DNA from: Bugula neritina
Taxonomy: Eukaryota; Animalia; Bryozoa
NCBI GenBank assembly: GCA_964035545.1
Contig: OZ037773.1
Location: 6,415,751-6,479,750, forward strand
DNA: 64,000 bases
Direction of reading: 5' to 3'
The first letter of the stretch is position 1; the number at the start of each line of letters is the position of its first letter. Shown piece by piece: positions 1 to 10,796 of this stretch. The translations under genes and the position numbers were made by a program. The notes under the pieces were generated by a model. It searched no databases and was not told the DNA's origin. It saw only the letters and a program-made list of their open reading frames with translations.

Positions 1-417
1 AAGGCGGATCAGAGCGTCTTAGGATATTACAAGCAGCTGCATTATAGTTGGATAATAAAGTAGCTGGAAAATTGGGAAATAGGATGATGGGTAATTACTT
101 AAATAACATTAATATAAATGTACACCATTATATATAATAATATATAATATTATATACTATGATATATAGAGATAATATATTGCATTATATATTCACTACA
201 TACATTATATAAATATAAAAAATAACATTCAGAAGTTGCAGTAACAAAAAAATTAATTAGCCAAAGCTTTTTAATTGCTTTAGTCTTAGACCATACGTGG
301 CAACATATATACTAGTATAACTTCTAGTAATAGTCGATTTGGGCTCTGAAAATAAATTACATCTTAAATAAGTTTGATCACACCTGTCTCTACTAATAAT
401 TGTTGCCAACAGCTTAC

Positions 418-3400
418 CATTCAAATCTTTCTGAGTCTTTAGATTTTATGAGTTTTAGAAATAAGAATATAGTCAGGCTTCCAATCCACAAGAATACACA
501 CAGGTCTGCAAGATGCATATGTAATGTAAATAATACATATGATATATTAAAATTATACAGAGACAATACAAATAGCATAGAATTAATATACTTATGTAAG
601 ATATAACATTATATATAAAATATTCAATCAAAAAGACACATACAATTTGTTATAGAAATTTAGTATATACTCTAATCTCAAGGCAAATAGTTTATTTAAG
701 AAGCGCAAATGCAATTTTATATTTATAAACATACAAATGGGAACAGTTATTTAATAATCAATATATTATTCAACTGGAATAATAAGAATGAAGTAAAGCC
801 TCACCGAAAGCTTGAATAAAGAAAGCTTGGGCAATACAGCGAGAGTCATTGATTCCAATATCTCCATCATGCTACATCAGAAATAGTTTACTAATTATTA
901 CCTAATACTGATGCTTATCATTACGTACTAGCAAAGTAGAGACTTTGATGTGAGTGTATAGGGCAAGTTTACAGACAAGAAAACTGCAGCATGATACACT
1001 ACATCTGATGCTGCCAGCTCTAGCCTAATATACACACAAATTGAAACTATACAAATGCCTGTTATGAACAATAAGCAGTGCTATAATAATGACTAGCAGA
1101 GTTTAAAATGTATACAGCAAAGCATAGCTAATTAAGTTTACTTCAACTCTGTTTTTATCAGTATTTCTTTGAAATCTAAAATACTAGCCTTAAAGGTCTT
1201 AATGCATGCCTCACAATATCAACTTGCTACAATACTGCACAGTAAATACGTATAACACTTACTACAGTACTACAGATTGAATACGTACACTTACCCCTAG
1301 TTTAAACTACAATTAATACAGCATAGTAAATGCATACACATATCCCTAACTTACTAGTACAGTGCTACAAAATAAATACACATACTAACCCGGAAATAGA
1401 CAATTGAACTGAGTAAATAGATACAACACTTACTGCAGCAGCACAGAGTAAATACATATACTTACCCCTAACCTACTTACACAGTCGTACAAAGTAAATA
1501 CATATACTTACCCCTAAGTAGACAATTGAACTGAGTAAATTAGTCATTAGAAGGTTGCAGAATATTCTCTACAAAATACAAATAAATGTTAGCACAACTC
1601 CAACAAAACAAACTAAAATATCTAGCTTCAAAAACAATACATTTTCACATGGTGCTTTACTAGTTTATATATTAGATCTTTTACAAGTGATTTAAATAGG
1701 ACATATGTATATAGCATTTTGATTCAACTATCAGGTTTATCATATACTATGCAAAGGTATTCCTAGGTGGTTATTTAAACTGTAAGAGTAAGAAGGAATA
1801 TAATATCTATGTAACTATATTTCATTTCAAATGGCCACGAAACAAGAATACAAATATTTATAAACTTTGTAATTATTATTAAAATAGTTGCTTGGTAAAA
1901 GTTAGGAGCAATTACTGTTATTATTTTTATAAGAGCTGAGGGGAGTTATGTCTTTCACTTTATGGAATTGTCACAGGATCATTGAACTAAAGCTAGAAAT
2001 GGCTCCTATAATCCAAGTAATTAACTTTTACTAATACTATAGTTGAAAGCACAAGATAAATGTAGAGCTTAACGAGGAAGTTGGAGATTAGAGGTAGGAG
2101 TAAAACCTGCCATCTACTAAGTATTGTAATAGAGAGAACAGACATAGCTGGGATAGTTTCAGGTAAGCTGTCATGTTTGTTAAAAAGATAAAAAACATGA
2201 CCTGCAGGTGTGTATAACAAGAAGTATGAACTGTAATGTGTGTACTACACATCATAATATGATGTTAGCATAAGATGGCTGAAGGTAAAAGGAAAATGGC
2301 TGTTGGTACAAAATGGCCGCTGAGACAAGATGATCAAGCTAGTATAAGATGCAGTCACAACCTCTTTTTATAGACAGAGCCAGATAGCCTAGAGATTGTC
2401 AAAGTTTAGGATTGCAAGATCAACACCAAGCAGTATCTAAAAAGTGGCCTAACCCCAATAAATTAAACTAGCTCCCTATAATAACTAAACACTATAATAG
2501 AAAAAAATCTTATTTAAAATCTAGCCCAAATGAGCACTATTGTCATAAACTATTCTGTATATATGTTTTAAGATTTAACTTTTTGTTATACAATTTATCA
2601 AAACTATTAGCTTGCTTTTTAAATTGACAATTTATTGACCTTCAATGTTGAATAAGAATTTAAAACTCTATTAACTATAACAGAGTCACAAGTTTCACCT
2701 ATTTTGGTTGTTGGGGGCCTTTACTGTGCTACATGCCTATAAGTTTGAGCTGCTGCAAAATGAGGTGCAGTAGGAATTTGAGCTAGCCTAAGCTCTTGAC
2801 TTCCCTTAATGAAACTTTGGTTTGGGAAGCTGCGTTGAAATTCTTGCTATAACATAACTTGTTTTGCTACATTTCTAATCTAGAACACAGGCTTTTCTTG
2901 ATTTCTCTGTTACTGCACCTATCTCAATTGATCACACTGCTGTACAATTATGCATATCTTGTTTCTGTAGTACTTCTAGTAGAACTGTAACTAAATCTAA
3001 AGTTATACTATTACAATCTGAATACAATGGCTGCCCTAGCTTGTAATAACACACTCTACTCACCTGGTTAAAGAACTTGTATTTTTGAAGAATGAAAAGA
3101 AGAATCAAAGTCAAACTGACCACCACAATATTGATGGAAAATAAAACATGCTTCATTACTTGAAGTTTGTCCTGAAAAATGGAAAGGATTATATATTATT
3201 AAGATGTATAAATATGGAGTAGAACATGACGTAGGCTGTGGAAGGCACAACTAGTAGGTAAAGTAAAATCAGGATGTTAATATGCTGAATCAGTTAAATT
3301 ATCTTTGCGCTACTTTGGAAGACAAGAATCTCCAGTTTTCAGATTGAATGAGGTTGCACTGTTGCAGGGGCTTTTTGATTGTTTGAGGAAAGCTTTTTGT

Positions 3401-6400
3401 GAAAGCTTTTGCAATAGATTTTTACTGGTAGTCAGTATAGCTCAATTGTCTTCTTGTTAAAGATGCAGGCTACTTAAACTTTATTGTTGAAATAGTTGTT
3501 GAAGTTTGAGTTTTGTGAGAGAAGTAAACTGTTGGCATTAGGCAGAGTTGTAGCCTGCTTTTGTGTCCTCCATCCATTTACCCTTCATTAAGTGAATCAC
3601 AATACATACAGCATCCGTACTGTCACAGTAACACTTATCTTGAGATAGGCATCCATGTCACACAGCATATTATATTATTATGTAATAGTTATTAATTCTT
3701 ATCAAAGAATTACCATGGTGTAGTCTAACAATACAATAAATGCTATTTCATAGACACACAGTAGCACTTAGTGTAGCTGTTTCTATGAATATTATAATGA
3801 TGTAATGTACACCTGATTTTAGCTTGCCACTAGAGAAGTATTCATAAATTGCATACCAACTGATAAGGCAACTTAACAAACCTTATCTAGATAAAATAAA
3901 AAGATGCAACATAACATCGACTCAACCTTCGTTCTAAAACTTTGCTAATACACATAAACAGCTATAGACTCTTCAACACAGTGAGCTAAAAGCTAAAATG
4001 TAGGGATTGAAACAAGTTCATGAGGAGGTAATTTCTTTTGTTGAATTCTTTATGCAACACGAGCTTTTCCCAATATTTTTCCATTACAGAATTTAACTGG
4101 TGGTGGTGGATGGTGGAACCAAGAGCTGTACCAGTTTACACTACGGACCCCAGCATCCAAGGACTGATGGCAATGATGTACTGTAGAGAAGTTCCCATCA
4201 GTCAAGACTTCATACTAACCTCCAAGCGGTCACCACTGGTAACTGGGTGTAGATACACCCAGGCTAATAGTATGAGGATCTATGGGTTGATCACCCAGAC
4301 AACAATCCATCCAGAAACGTGACACTCTGAGAGGGCGAATTACTCGGCCAGTCACTGCGACTACTGAACTGCTGTGCTCGTCCTGGACACTCCTTGCCAG
4401 CACAGCGTACTTCTTTAGTGGAGAGGGGTGCTTAAGCAACTGACAAAACCCTAAGTATCCTTAAACTTCTTGTCAGCATAACCCGATTGAATCATGAAAA
4501 GAAAAATGAACACGAAATCATACTGGCAGGACGTCGCCCAGGATAAAAAGGTCCAAATTTCTAAACTCAACCTTGCATCATGGAACATACGAACAATGCT
4601 AGACCGGGAGAGCACAGAAAGACCTGAGAGAAGGAGTGCAATCATTTCATCTGAACTACAGAAGTATGGCATCGACATTGCAGCACTGAGTGAAATCAGA
4701 TTCAAAGATACAGGTAAAATTCGTGAAGAGTCAGGCTACACCATTTACTGGAGTGGCAAAACTGCATCTGAGCGCAGTGAGTCAGGCGTGGCCCTTGCTA
4801 TCAGGAACGAACTTGTTTCGAGACTAATCGAAGAGCCGAAGGCTATAAGCGACAGACTGATGTCACTCAGGGTTCCTCTGTCTGATGAGCGATGGTGCAC
4901 TGTGATAGCTGTCTATGCTCCCACGATGACAAACAGCCAAGAAAACATCAACAGATTCTATGACCAACTGAATCAGGCTCTAAGATCAGTCCCAGCAGCT
5001 GATAAGATCTTACTCATGGGGGACTTCAATGCTAGGGTTGGACAAGATCACTCAACCTGGCCCGGTGTGATAGGCAAGTATGGCTGCGGAAACCTGAACT
5101 CCAATGGTGAACTTCTGATCTCAGTCTGTAGTGAACATCAACTGTGCATTACCAACACCTTCTTCAAGCATAAACCAGCTCACAAGTTCTCTTGGATGCA
5201 CCCGAGAAGCAAGAACTGGCATCTCATCGACTTTGTTATTACACGACAACGTGATCTACCAGACATTCTAGACACAAGGGCGATGAGAGGGGCGAATTGC
5301 AGTACTGACCACATCATGATCAGGTCAAACGCTAAGCTCCGAGTGAGGAGAAAAATGAAGAAAGGGAGAACACCTTGCCAGAAGCTGGACGTTTCTCGAC
5401 TTAAGAATGAGGAAGTAAGACAAGAACTGGAAAAGTCCCTTGCTGGGAAACTGAACTCTGCTCCAGAGGGCGTGGAGAGTAAGTGGAGAGCATTCAAAGA
5501 GATAGTTTATGCAGAGTCAAAACTGCACCTCGGCACTGTCAGCAGGAAACATGAGGACTGGTTTGACGAGAATAATGATGAGCTTCAAGAACTCATCCAG
5601 AAGAGAAACAAGGCCAGAACAGACATGTTAACCAGGAATACTCGCTCGAACAAGTCAAAGCTTAGAATGGCTGGCAGAAAACTCACAGGAAGATGCAGGG
5701 AGCTCAAGAACGACTGGTGGTTGGCAAAAGCTGCTGAACTGCAACGGTTTGCTGACACCAACGACATGAAAGGCTTTTACCAAAGCATGAAAACTGTTTG
5801 GGGTCCAGGAGTGAGTCATCCTGACCAGCTCCTGGCCAGTGACAGCTCAACACTCCTGACAGAAAAACAAGATCTTCTAGCGAGATGGACAGAGCATTTC
5901 AGCAAGCTACTAAACGAGACTCCAGATATTGATGACAACATCATTGAGAACCTGAGACAAGCTCCCATTCAGGACTGGATGGACGATTGCCCAGATATTG
6001 AAGAGATCATCAAGGCAACTTCGATGCTAAGTGAAGGGAAATCACCTGGCTCTGATGGCATTCACCCGGAGGTTATCAAAAGGGGAGGGCCCAAACTAAT
6101 AAGTACTCTCCATGAGATAATAAAGGAGGCATGGAAAACTGCTGTAGTCCCTCAAGATTGGAAAGATGCCCAACTTATAACCATCTTCAAAAAAGGTGAT
6201 CGGAAGCTGTGCGGTAACTACAGAGGTATCTCCCTGCTCTCAATTCCCGGTAAAGTTTTTGCTCGTGTCCTTCTGAATAGACTGACATCATATGCAGAAA
6301 ACATCCTACCCGAAACTCAGTGTGGATTCCGTAGTGGAAGGGGAACAGCAGATATGATATTTGCACTGAAGCAGATACAGGAAAAATGCATCGAGCAAAA

Positions 6401-7960
6401 TATGCCCCTGTACATGGTCTTCATTGACTTCACCAAAGCGTTCGATACTGTTGATCGGGCGACCCTGTGGAAGATCTTACAGAAACTCGGTTTTCCTAGT
6501 CACTTCACCAATCTTATCAGCGCTCTCCATATTGGCATGAAGGCCTCAGTCAAGCTGAAAGGGGAGTTATCTGAGTCGTTCCAAGTCAACAATGGTGTGA
6601 AACAAGGATGTGTGTTGGCTCCAACGCTATTCTCTATTTTCTTATCGGCTGTTCTACAGCACGCATTTGAAAACTGTGATAAAGGCGTCTGGATTCAAAG
6701 TAGACCTGGAGCTGATCTGTTCAATGTGAACCAATACAAGTCAACAACAAGAACACAAAAAGTATTGGTTAGAGAACTCATGTTTGCTGACGACACTGCC
6801 TTCGTTGCACACAGCCATGGCGATGCACAGGAATTAGTCAACAGATTCGCCAGAGCTTCCAAAGCTTTTGGTCTGAAGATCAATATCAAGAAAACGGAAA
6901 CGCTCTACCAACCGGCACCTGGAGCCCATGACAGTGGTGACAGTATCTGCATAGATAATGAAGACCTTGCCAACGTTAATAGGTTTAAATATCTTGGGTC
7001 TACAGTGATGTGCAACAACAAGATGGATGAAGAGATTCATACAAGGATGTCCAATGCTTCAATCTCATTCGGCAGACTAAAGACCAAAGTGTGGTACAAT
7101 AAGGATCTGTCATTCAAGACCAAGTGTACAGTGTACAGAGCCATTGTCCTGTCCTCTCTGCTCTATGGAGCGGAGGCCTGGCCTGTATACAGGATAGCCG
7201 CTCACAAATTCAACACCTATATGATGAGACATCTACGCCAGATCTTGAACGTGAAGTGGTGGGATTTCATCTCGAATGAGGAGACTCTAGCACAGACAAA
7301 TCTACCCAGCATGTACGAACTACTCATTCACAAAAACCTGAGATGGGCTGGTCATGTGCATCGAATGGATAACTCTAGATTACCTAAGCAAATTCTCTAT
7401 TCACAACTGAAAGAAGGCACCCGTGGTGTTGGCAGGCCGCGACTGAGATTCAAAGATACCGTTAAACGCAATCTAAAAGCTCTGAAGATCCCTATTGGTA
7501 GCTGGCAATCTCTCAGCAAAGACAGATGTAAATGGAGGACCATGATTCACCGGAAGTCATCTTCGGACACGAAGGACAGCTAATGATGAATGAATGAACA
7601 GAATTTAACTTTTATGAAATGCTGGGTATTATAATAGAAACAACCTAGCTTTCAACATATACAGATGCGAGGTTTGATATTTTGACTTATAGCAACTTTA
7701 ACCGAACTTTTATAAAAGAAATGCTTTTTTAGTTATTCATTTACAATAGAACTTTCTACCCACAATAATTGTTTCATTTCACCTCCTAACTTTGAACTGT
7801 ATTAATACAAGAATAATGCTGATCTATAAATAACACATCTTTACTCAACTACCTTGAATATCCTTGGAAATATATTGTAATAACCTGACTGTACGAAAGT
7901 CTGTCCACTTACACATTGTCCTTCCGGCAGCCCACAGGGGGAGGCGTAATCTGCTGCCAT
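418..7960 (-). CDS. cAMP receptor-like (CrlA/GPR157-type) 7TM receptor, 5' part; possibly a pseudogene, continues off the window's left edge
   Basis: GT-AG exons: 7913-7960 (MAADYASPCGLPEGQC), 3064-3171 (DKLQVMKHVLFSINIVVVSLTLILLFILQKYKFFNQ, TM1), 805-871 (HDGDIGINDSRCIAQAFFIQAF) and 418-505 (DLCVFLWIGSLTIFLFLKLIKSKDSERFE, TM3). Phases match within the pairs 7913-7960/3064-3171 and 805-871/418-505. The C..QA.F.Q.FD....LW...T motif and the KY.FF.Q end of TM1 resemble animal CrlA-like GPCRs. The only TM2 candidate (about 2362-2436, ILLGVDLAILNF/QSLGYLA) needs a frameshift. Confidence 0.6.
1238..1540. repeat. degenerate tandem repeat (GTAAATACATATACTTACCCCTAA-like units)
   Basis: Recurring AGTAAATAC..ACTTAC motifs. 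TAGACAATTGAACTGAGTAAAT occurs at 1397-1418 and at 1519-1540. Confidence 0.6.
2813..2935 (+). repeat. dispersed repeat fragment (second copy about 44539-44645)
   Basis: Both loci share TTTTGCTACATTTCTAATCTAGAACACA, plus flanking GTTGAAATTCT and CTGCACCTAT. Confidence 0.7.
4099..4277 (+). ncRNA. HDV-like self-cleaving ribozyme at the RTE 5' end
   Basis: P1 GGTGGTG (4099-4105)/CACCACT (4231-4237) with a G1-U wobble; P2 CTTCATACTA (4208-4217)/TAGTATGAGG (4268-4277); P3 ACC (4218-4220)/GGT (4228-4230); L3 TCCAAGC; P1.1 CC/GG (4238-4239); P4 CTGGGTGT/ACACCCAG; J4/2 GCTAA with putative catalytic C4264. Confidence 0.88.
4494..7583 (+). CDS. RTE ORF: AP-endonuclease + reverse transcriptase (1029 aa, intact)
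   Basis: APE motifs (SWNIRT, ALSE, GDFNARVG, IDFVI, STDH), RT motifs (NYRGISLL, QCGFR, FIDFTKAFD, GVKQG, FADD, FKYLG) and an RTE-type C-terminus (LRWAGHV, GRPRLRFKD). Confidence 0.97.
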   Translation: MKRKMNTKSYWQDVAQDKKVQISKLNLASWNIRTMLDRESTERPERRSAIISSELQKYGIDIAALSEIRFKDTGKIREESGYTIYWSGKTASERSESGVALAIRNELVSRLIEEPKAISDRLMSLRVPLSDERWCTVIAVYAPTMTNSQENINRFYDQLNQALRSVPAADKILLMGDFNARVGQDHSTWPGVIGKYGCGNLNSNGELLISVCSEHQLCITNTFFKHKPAHKFSWMHPRSKNWHLIDFVITRQRDLPDILDTRAMRGANCSTDHIMIRSNAKLRVRRKMKKGRTPCQKLDVSRLKNEEVRQELEKSLAGKLNSAPEGVESKWRAFKEIVYAESKLHLGTVSRKHEDWFDENNDELQELIQKRNKARTDMLTRNTRSNKSKLRMAGRKLTGRCRELKNDWWLAKAAELQRFADTNDMKGFYQSMKTVWGPGVSHPDQLLASDSSTLLTEKQDLLARWTEHFSKLLNETPDIDDNIIENLRQAPIQDWMDDCPDIEEIIKATSMLSEGKSPGSDGIHPEVIKRGGPKLISTLHEIIKEAWKTAVVPQDWKDAQLITIFKKGDRKLCGNYRGISLLSIPGKVFARVLLNRLTSYAENILPETQCGFRSGRGTADMIFALKQIQEKCIEQNMPLYMVFIDFTKAFDTVDRATLWKILQKLGFPSHFTNLISALHIGMKASVKLKGELSESFQVNNGVKQGCVLAPTLFSIFLSAVLQHAFENCDKGVWIQSRPGADLFNVNQYKSTTRTQKVLVRELMFADDTAFVAHSHGDAQELVNRFARASKAFGLKINIKKTETLYQPAPGAHDSGDSICIDNEDLANVNRFKYLGSTVMCNNKMDEEIHTRMSNASISFGRLKTKVWYNKDLSFKTKCTVYRAIVLSSLLYGAEAWPVYRIAAHKFNTYMMRHLRQILNVKWWDFISNEETLAQTNLPSMYELLIHKNLRWAGHVHRMDNSRLPKQILYSQLKEGTRGVGRPRLRFKDTVKRNLKALKIPIGSWQSLSKDRCKWRTMIHRKSSSDTKDS

Positions 7961-8864
7961 GGCAGCTTTCTATCTGAGTGTTGAACTTCCTGTTTGTGTA
8001 CTTCCTGTCTAACAGTGAAGAGACCAGAGGAGAACCTACAGTGTATAACTAACACTAACTACGGCATAACAGACAGAAATATGCTACTATAAAGATGGAT
8101 AGCAAATCATGGCTACTGATTGAAATATATGTGTAATAAAACTAGTTACAAGTGATTCGAGTAGATGATAACATCATTCTATGCTACGGTAGTTGGTAAT
8201 TAATTTTACAGGTCATCAAATGACCCTGAACCAGATAAAGTTATAGTTTATCAGCTTGAGTTTGTTGACAACTTTAACACTTCAAAATCAAATAATGGAA
8301 TTTTACTGTGGAAGGCTCCTCCATGTTAGGGATTCATACTGTCTGTGGGTCATGGGATATAATCCTGAGTGGCTTTGTATGGCTTGCAAAGTTTTAAAAG
8401 CACAAGCTACAGGCTTCGAGTGAAAAAGGGACCAATTTGCACTATCATAAGACCCAAAACATGACACATGTCTATTTTCTTCAGGTAATCAGCATGTCTT
8501 AAAGCTTTTGTTTTAGCCGAATAATATGTCTAAAGCTGTGATTCGGAAGTAGTAAACAAAAATATGTTGTTGAAAGAATTTTTCAAAAATATAGGTGTTA
8601 TTGGCTGTCTTAAGACTGACTTCTCACAATCTTACAGTAACACAATATTAATATACGATTCAAATCTTACCTGAGTTGTAGTAGTGCCGACTGGATAGTC
8701 GGAAGTCTACTATAAATTAGTTGCTACTTACTTAGCGGTCCTTTACTAAAGACCTTCTGCATTTAGTTGTTTGCAATCAGTGAGCACTAATGCAAATACT
8801 ACTGTCAAAACATAATAGCATGCTTGATTGCCGCCGTGATATATGTAATATAAAAGCGACCTCG

Positions 8865-8925
8865 CAGTCACGTGGTAGCATGAATCACGGGCCAATAGAA
8901 GAAAGTCACCTGCGCGTGACCAGAC
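8865..8925. promoter_or_regulatory. putative promoter with E-box (GTCACGTG) and CCAAT motifs
   Basis: Local CpG-rich patch with GTCACGTGG, GGCCAATAG, GTCACCTG and GCGTGAC, just upstream of the likely non-coding first exon of the 7TM gene (minus-strand donor at about 8670). Confidence 0.3.
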
Positions 8926-10796
8926 GTTTGATGGTTATTAATAAATCATTGCGGGGAACTCCAGGTATTGCGAAATTGGGGAGTGAAGTAAGTTTTTTTC
9001 CTGAAGAATGCAGGCACCAGGGGAACAATTGCTTCCAAAGGGTACAATAGCTCATCCCTATAGTAATATTATTATGCGTTGGGTACATTCATGTGTGTAC
9101 AAAATATTTCACAAATATAAAGCTACTTATTATTGCAGTGTTTTTGTATTATTTTGTAATAATGATGAAACTAATTATGTTTAAATGTGATTAAAATGTG
9201 ATTGCAATTTCGAAATGCTAATTGGAGCTACAACAAAATCTCCTAAGAATGCAGTGATGCAGTTCCTTTAGTAAAGTTCAATGCTAAGAGAATATGGCTT
9301 CTGCTTGTGTGAAGATAACTTCCTATATAAATAAGAATGAGGCATTTTATTAGAGAGAAAAAATATAAACTATCTTCGTATTAACTTTAGATCAGTTTCC
9401 TGCTATATTCCACGTTAGAGTTAAATATAGCGACACTGCTATTGCTTTGAACAGATGTGTGAATAGTGTGCAATGACTACCTTCTTCGTGGTGCAGTTAT
9501 TATTGATTCCATAAAAGGCATGTTTATGTTTGTAGTATCAACATGTAGACTAATTGCAACCCATTAGTGGTTACTATCTTTATCCCATGTCATTTTTTAA
9601 ATCAATAATTCTCATGGTGAATTCAGTTAATATTATTGCAATAATTATTCACTATGCATTTACTTGTTATCGAACATGGCTCAAAAAGGCTTTGCACAGA
9701 CATAAAATGTATTCCATTTGAAAGAACTGACAATGTTTTCTACATAGTAATAAAATATCCTGCTTATACTAGTATGATAATATATTGACCCACTTCTTAT
9801 ACAAAACAAAACTGTATTATTTTCTTACTTTCTTTCTGATAATTACAAGCTTGTATAGTTGTTCAAGCATTATAAGAGCTCCATGAAATAAATAGAGAAG
9901 ACAACTCTATACTTTATACTCACAATCTATTGTAACGCATATGGTATAAGACTATAGTCTATAAGGCAAAATAATACTGCAACCGGTCAGCAGATTGAGA
10001 TCTGGGTTTTTCCACAAGATCCCATATAATATGTGACTTGGTTTTTATAATATATTATGACTTGGTTTTTCACATAAAGAAAGATGCATGGAAAGTATAC
10101 AACAAAGTACTAAACCATCCTTCATTTAGACTTGCAACACCTGCTAACTATTTCATCAGTTGGGTGAGAAAATATAAATTCATTGCCAAGGGGCACGAAA
10201 AGCAGCAAAGAATTTGTCTGGTTTTCATATTCATGGGAACTTCCTCATCTATGAAGTAATGGAAATTGCCTTTGTTTGCATGATTTCTCAATCAATTGCT
10301 AGCCCTTCTCCATCACTGTGACCTATTTAAGCCTTAAAACTTGTCTATAACTATTATTGTGTCAGCTTCATAAGCTGAACTCAAAATTCTTGGCATTTTA
10401 GGATATTCACAGAATATATGAAAACTTATACCTTGACTATTTTTGTCTGACAGTAGATCTATATTCTATGTTACGCTTCAGTGACTTATAAATAAATCTG
10501 CTACTATAATACATAGAATGAGTACGAGAAATATGATATCATTATTGGGCACAGTGTAAAAACATCACGCTGCGTGCTTTATGAATACCTGGTTGTAAGG
10601 TTCGGGCACTTAGCTTTGTATATATAATTTGCGCGAAAACAACAACATTTTGTCTAGGACAGTGTACTGAGTGAGATGTGAGCTATGCATACATCATAAT
10701 CAAATAAAAGCCTAATAAATTCACAGCATTATTTATTTTGATTAAGAAACTGAAACGAAAAAAGAAAATGAGTCAATCATGTATTTAGAAGCTGCT

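Larger units (their letters stand above)
4099..7597 (+). mobile_element. full-length RTE-clade non-LTR retrotransposon (LINE)
   Basis: 13-bp target-site duplication ACAGAATTTAACT at 4086-4098 and 7598-7610. Single APE+RT ORF, short TGATGAATGAATGA tail, about 395-nt structured 5' UTR, and visibly higher GC than the flanks. Confidence 0.96.

Noticed and set aside
1993-2220. Hydrophobic 75-aa ORF as a GPCR exon
   Set aside because: No convincing donor site, phase fit or family motif.
4038-4322. 94-aa ORF with WWWW overlapping the RTE 5' end (possible ORF1)
   Set aside because: Starts in host DNA upstream of the TSD with a TTG. The sequence is explained by the (GGT)n P1 strand and the ribozyme, and RTE elements typically have one ORF.
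4451-7040. Several antisense ORFs inside the RTE ORF
   Set aside because: Shadows of the coding strand; no motifs.
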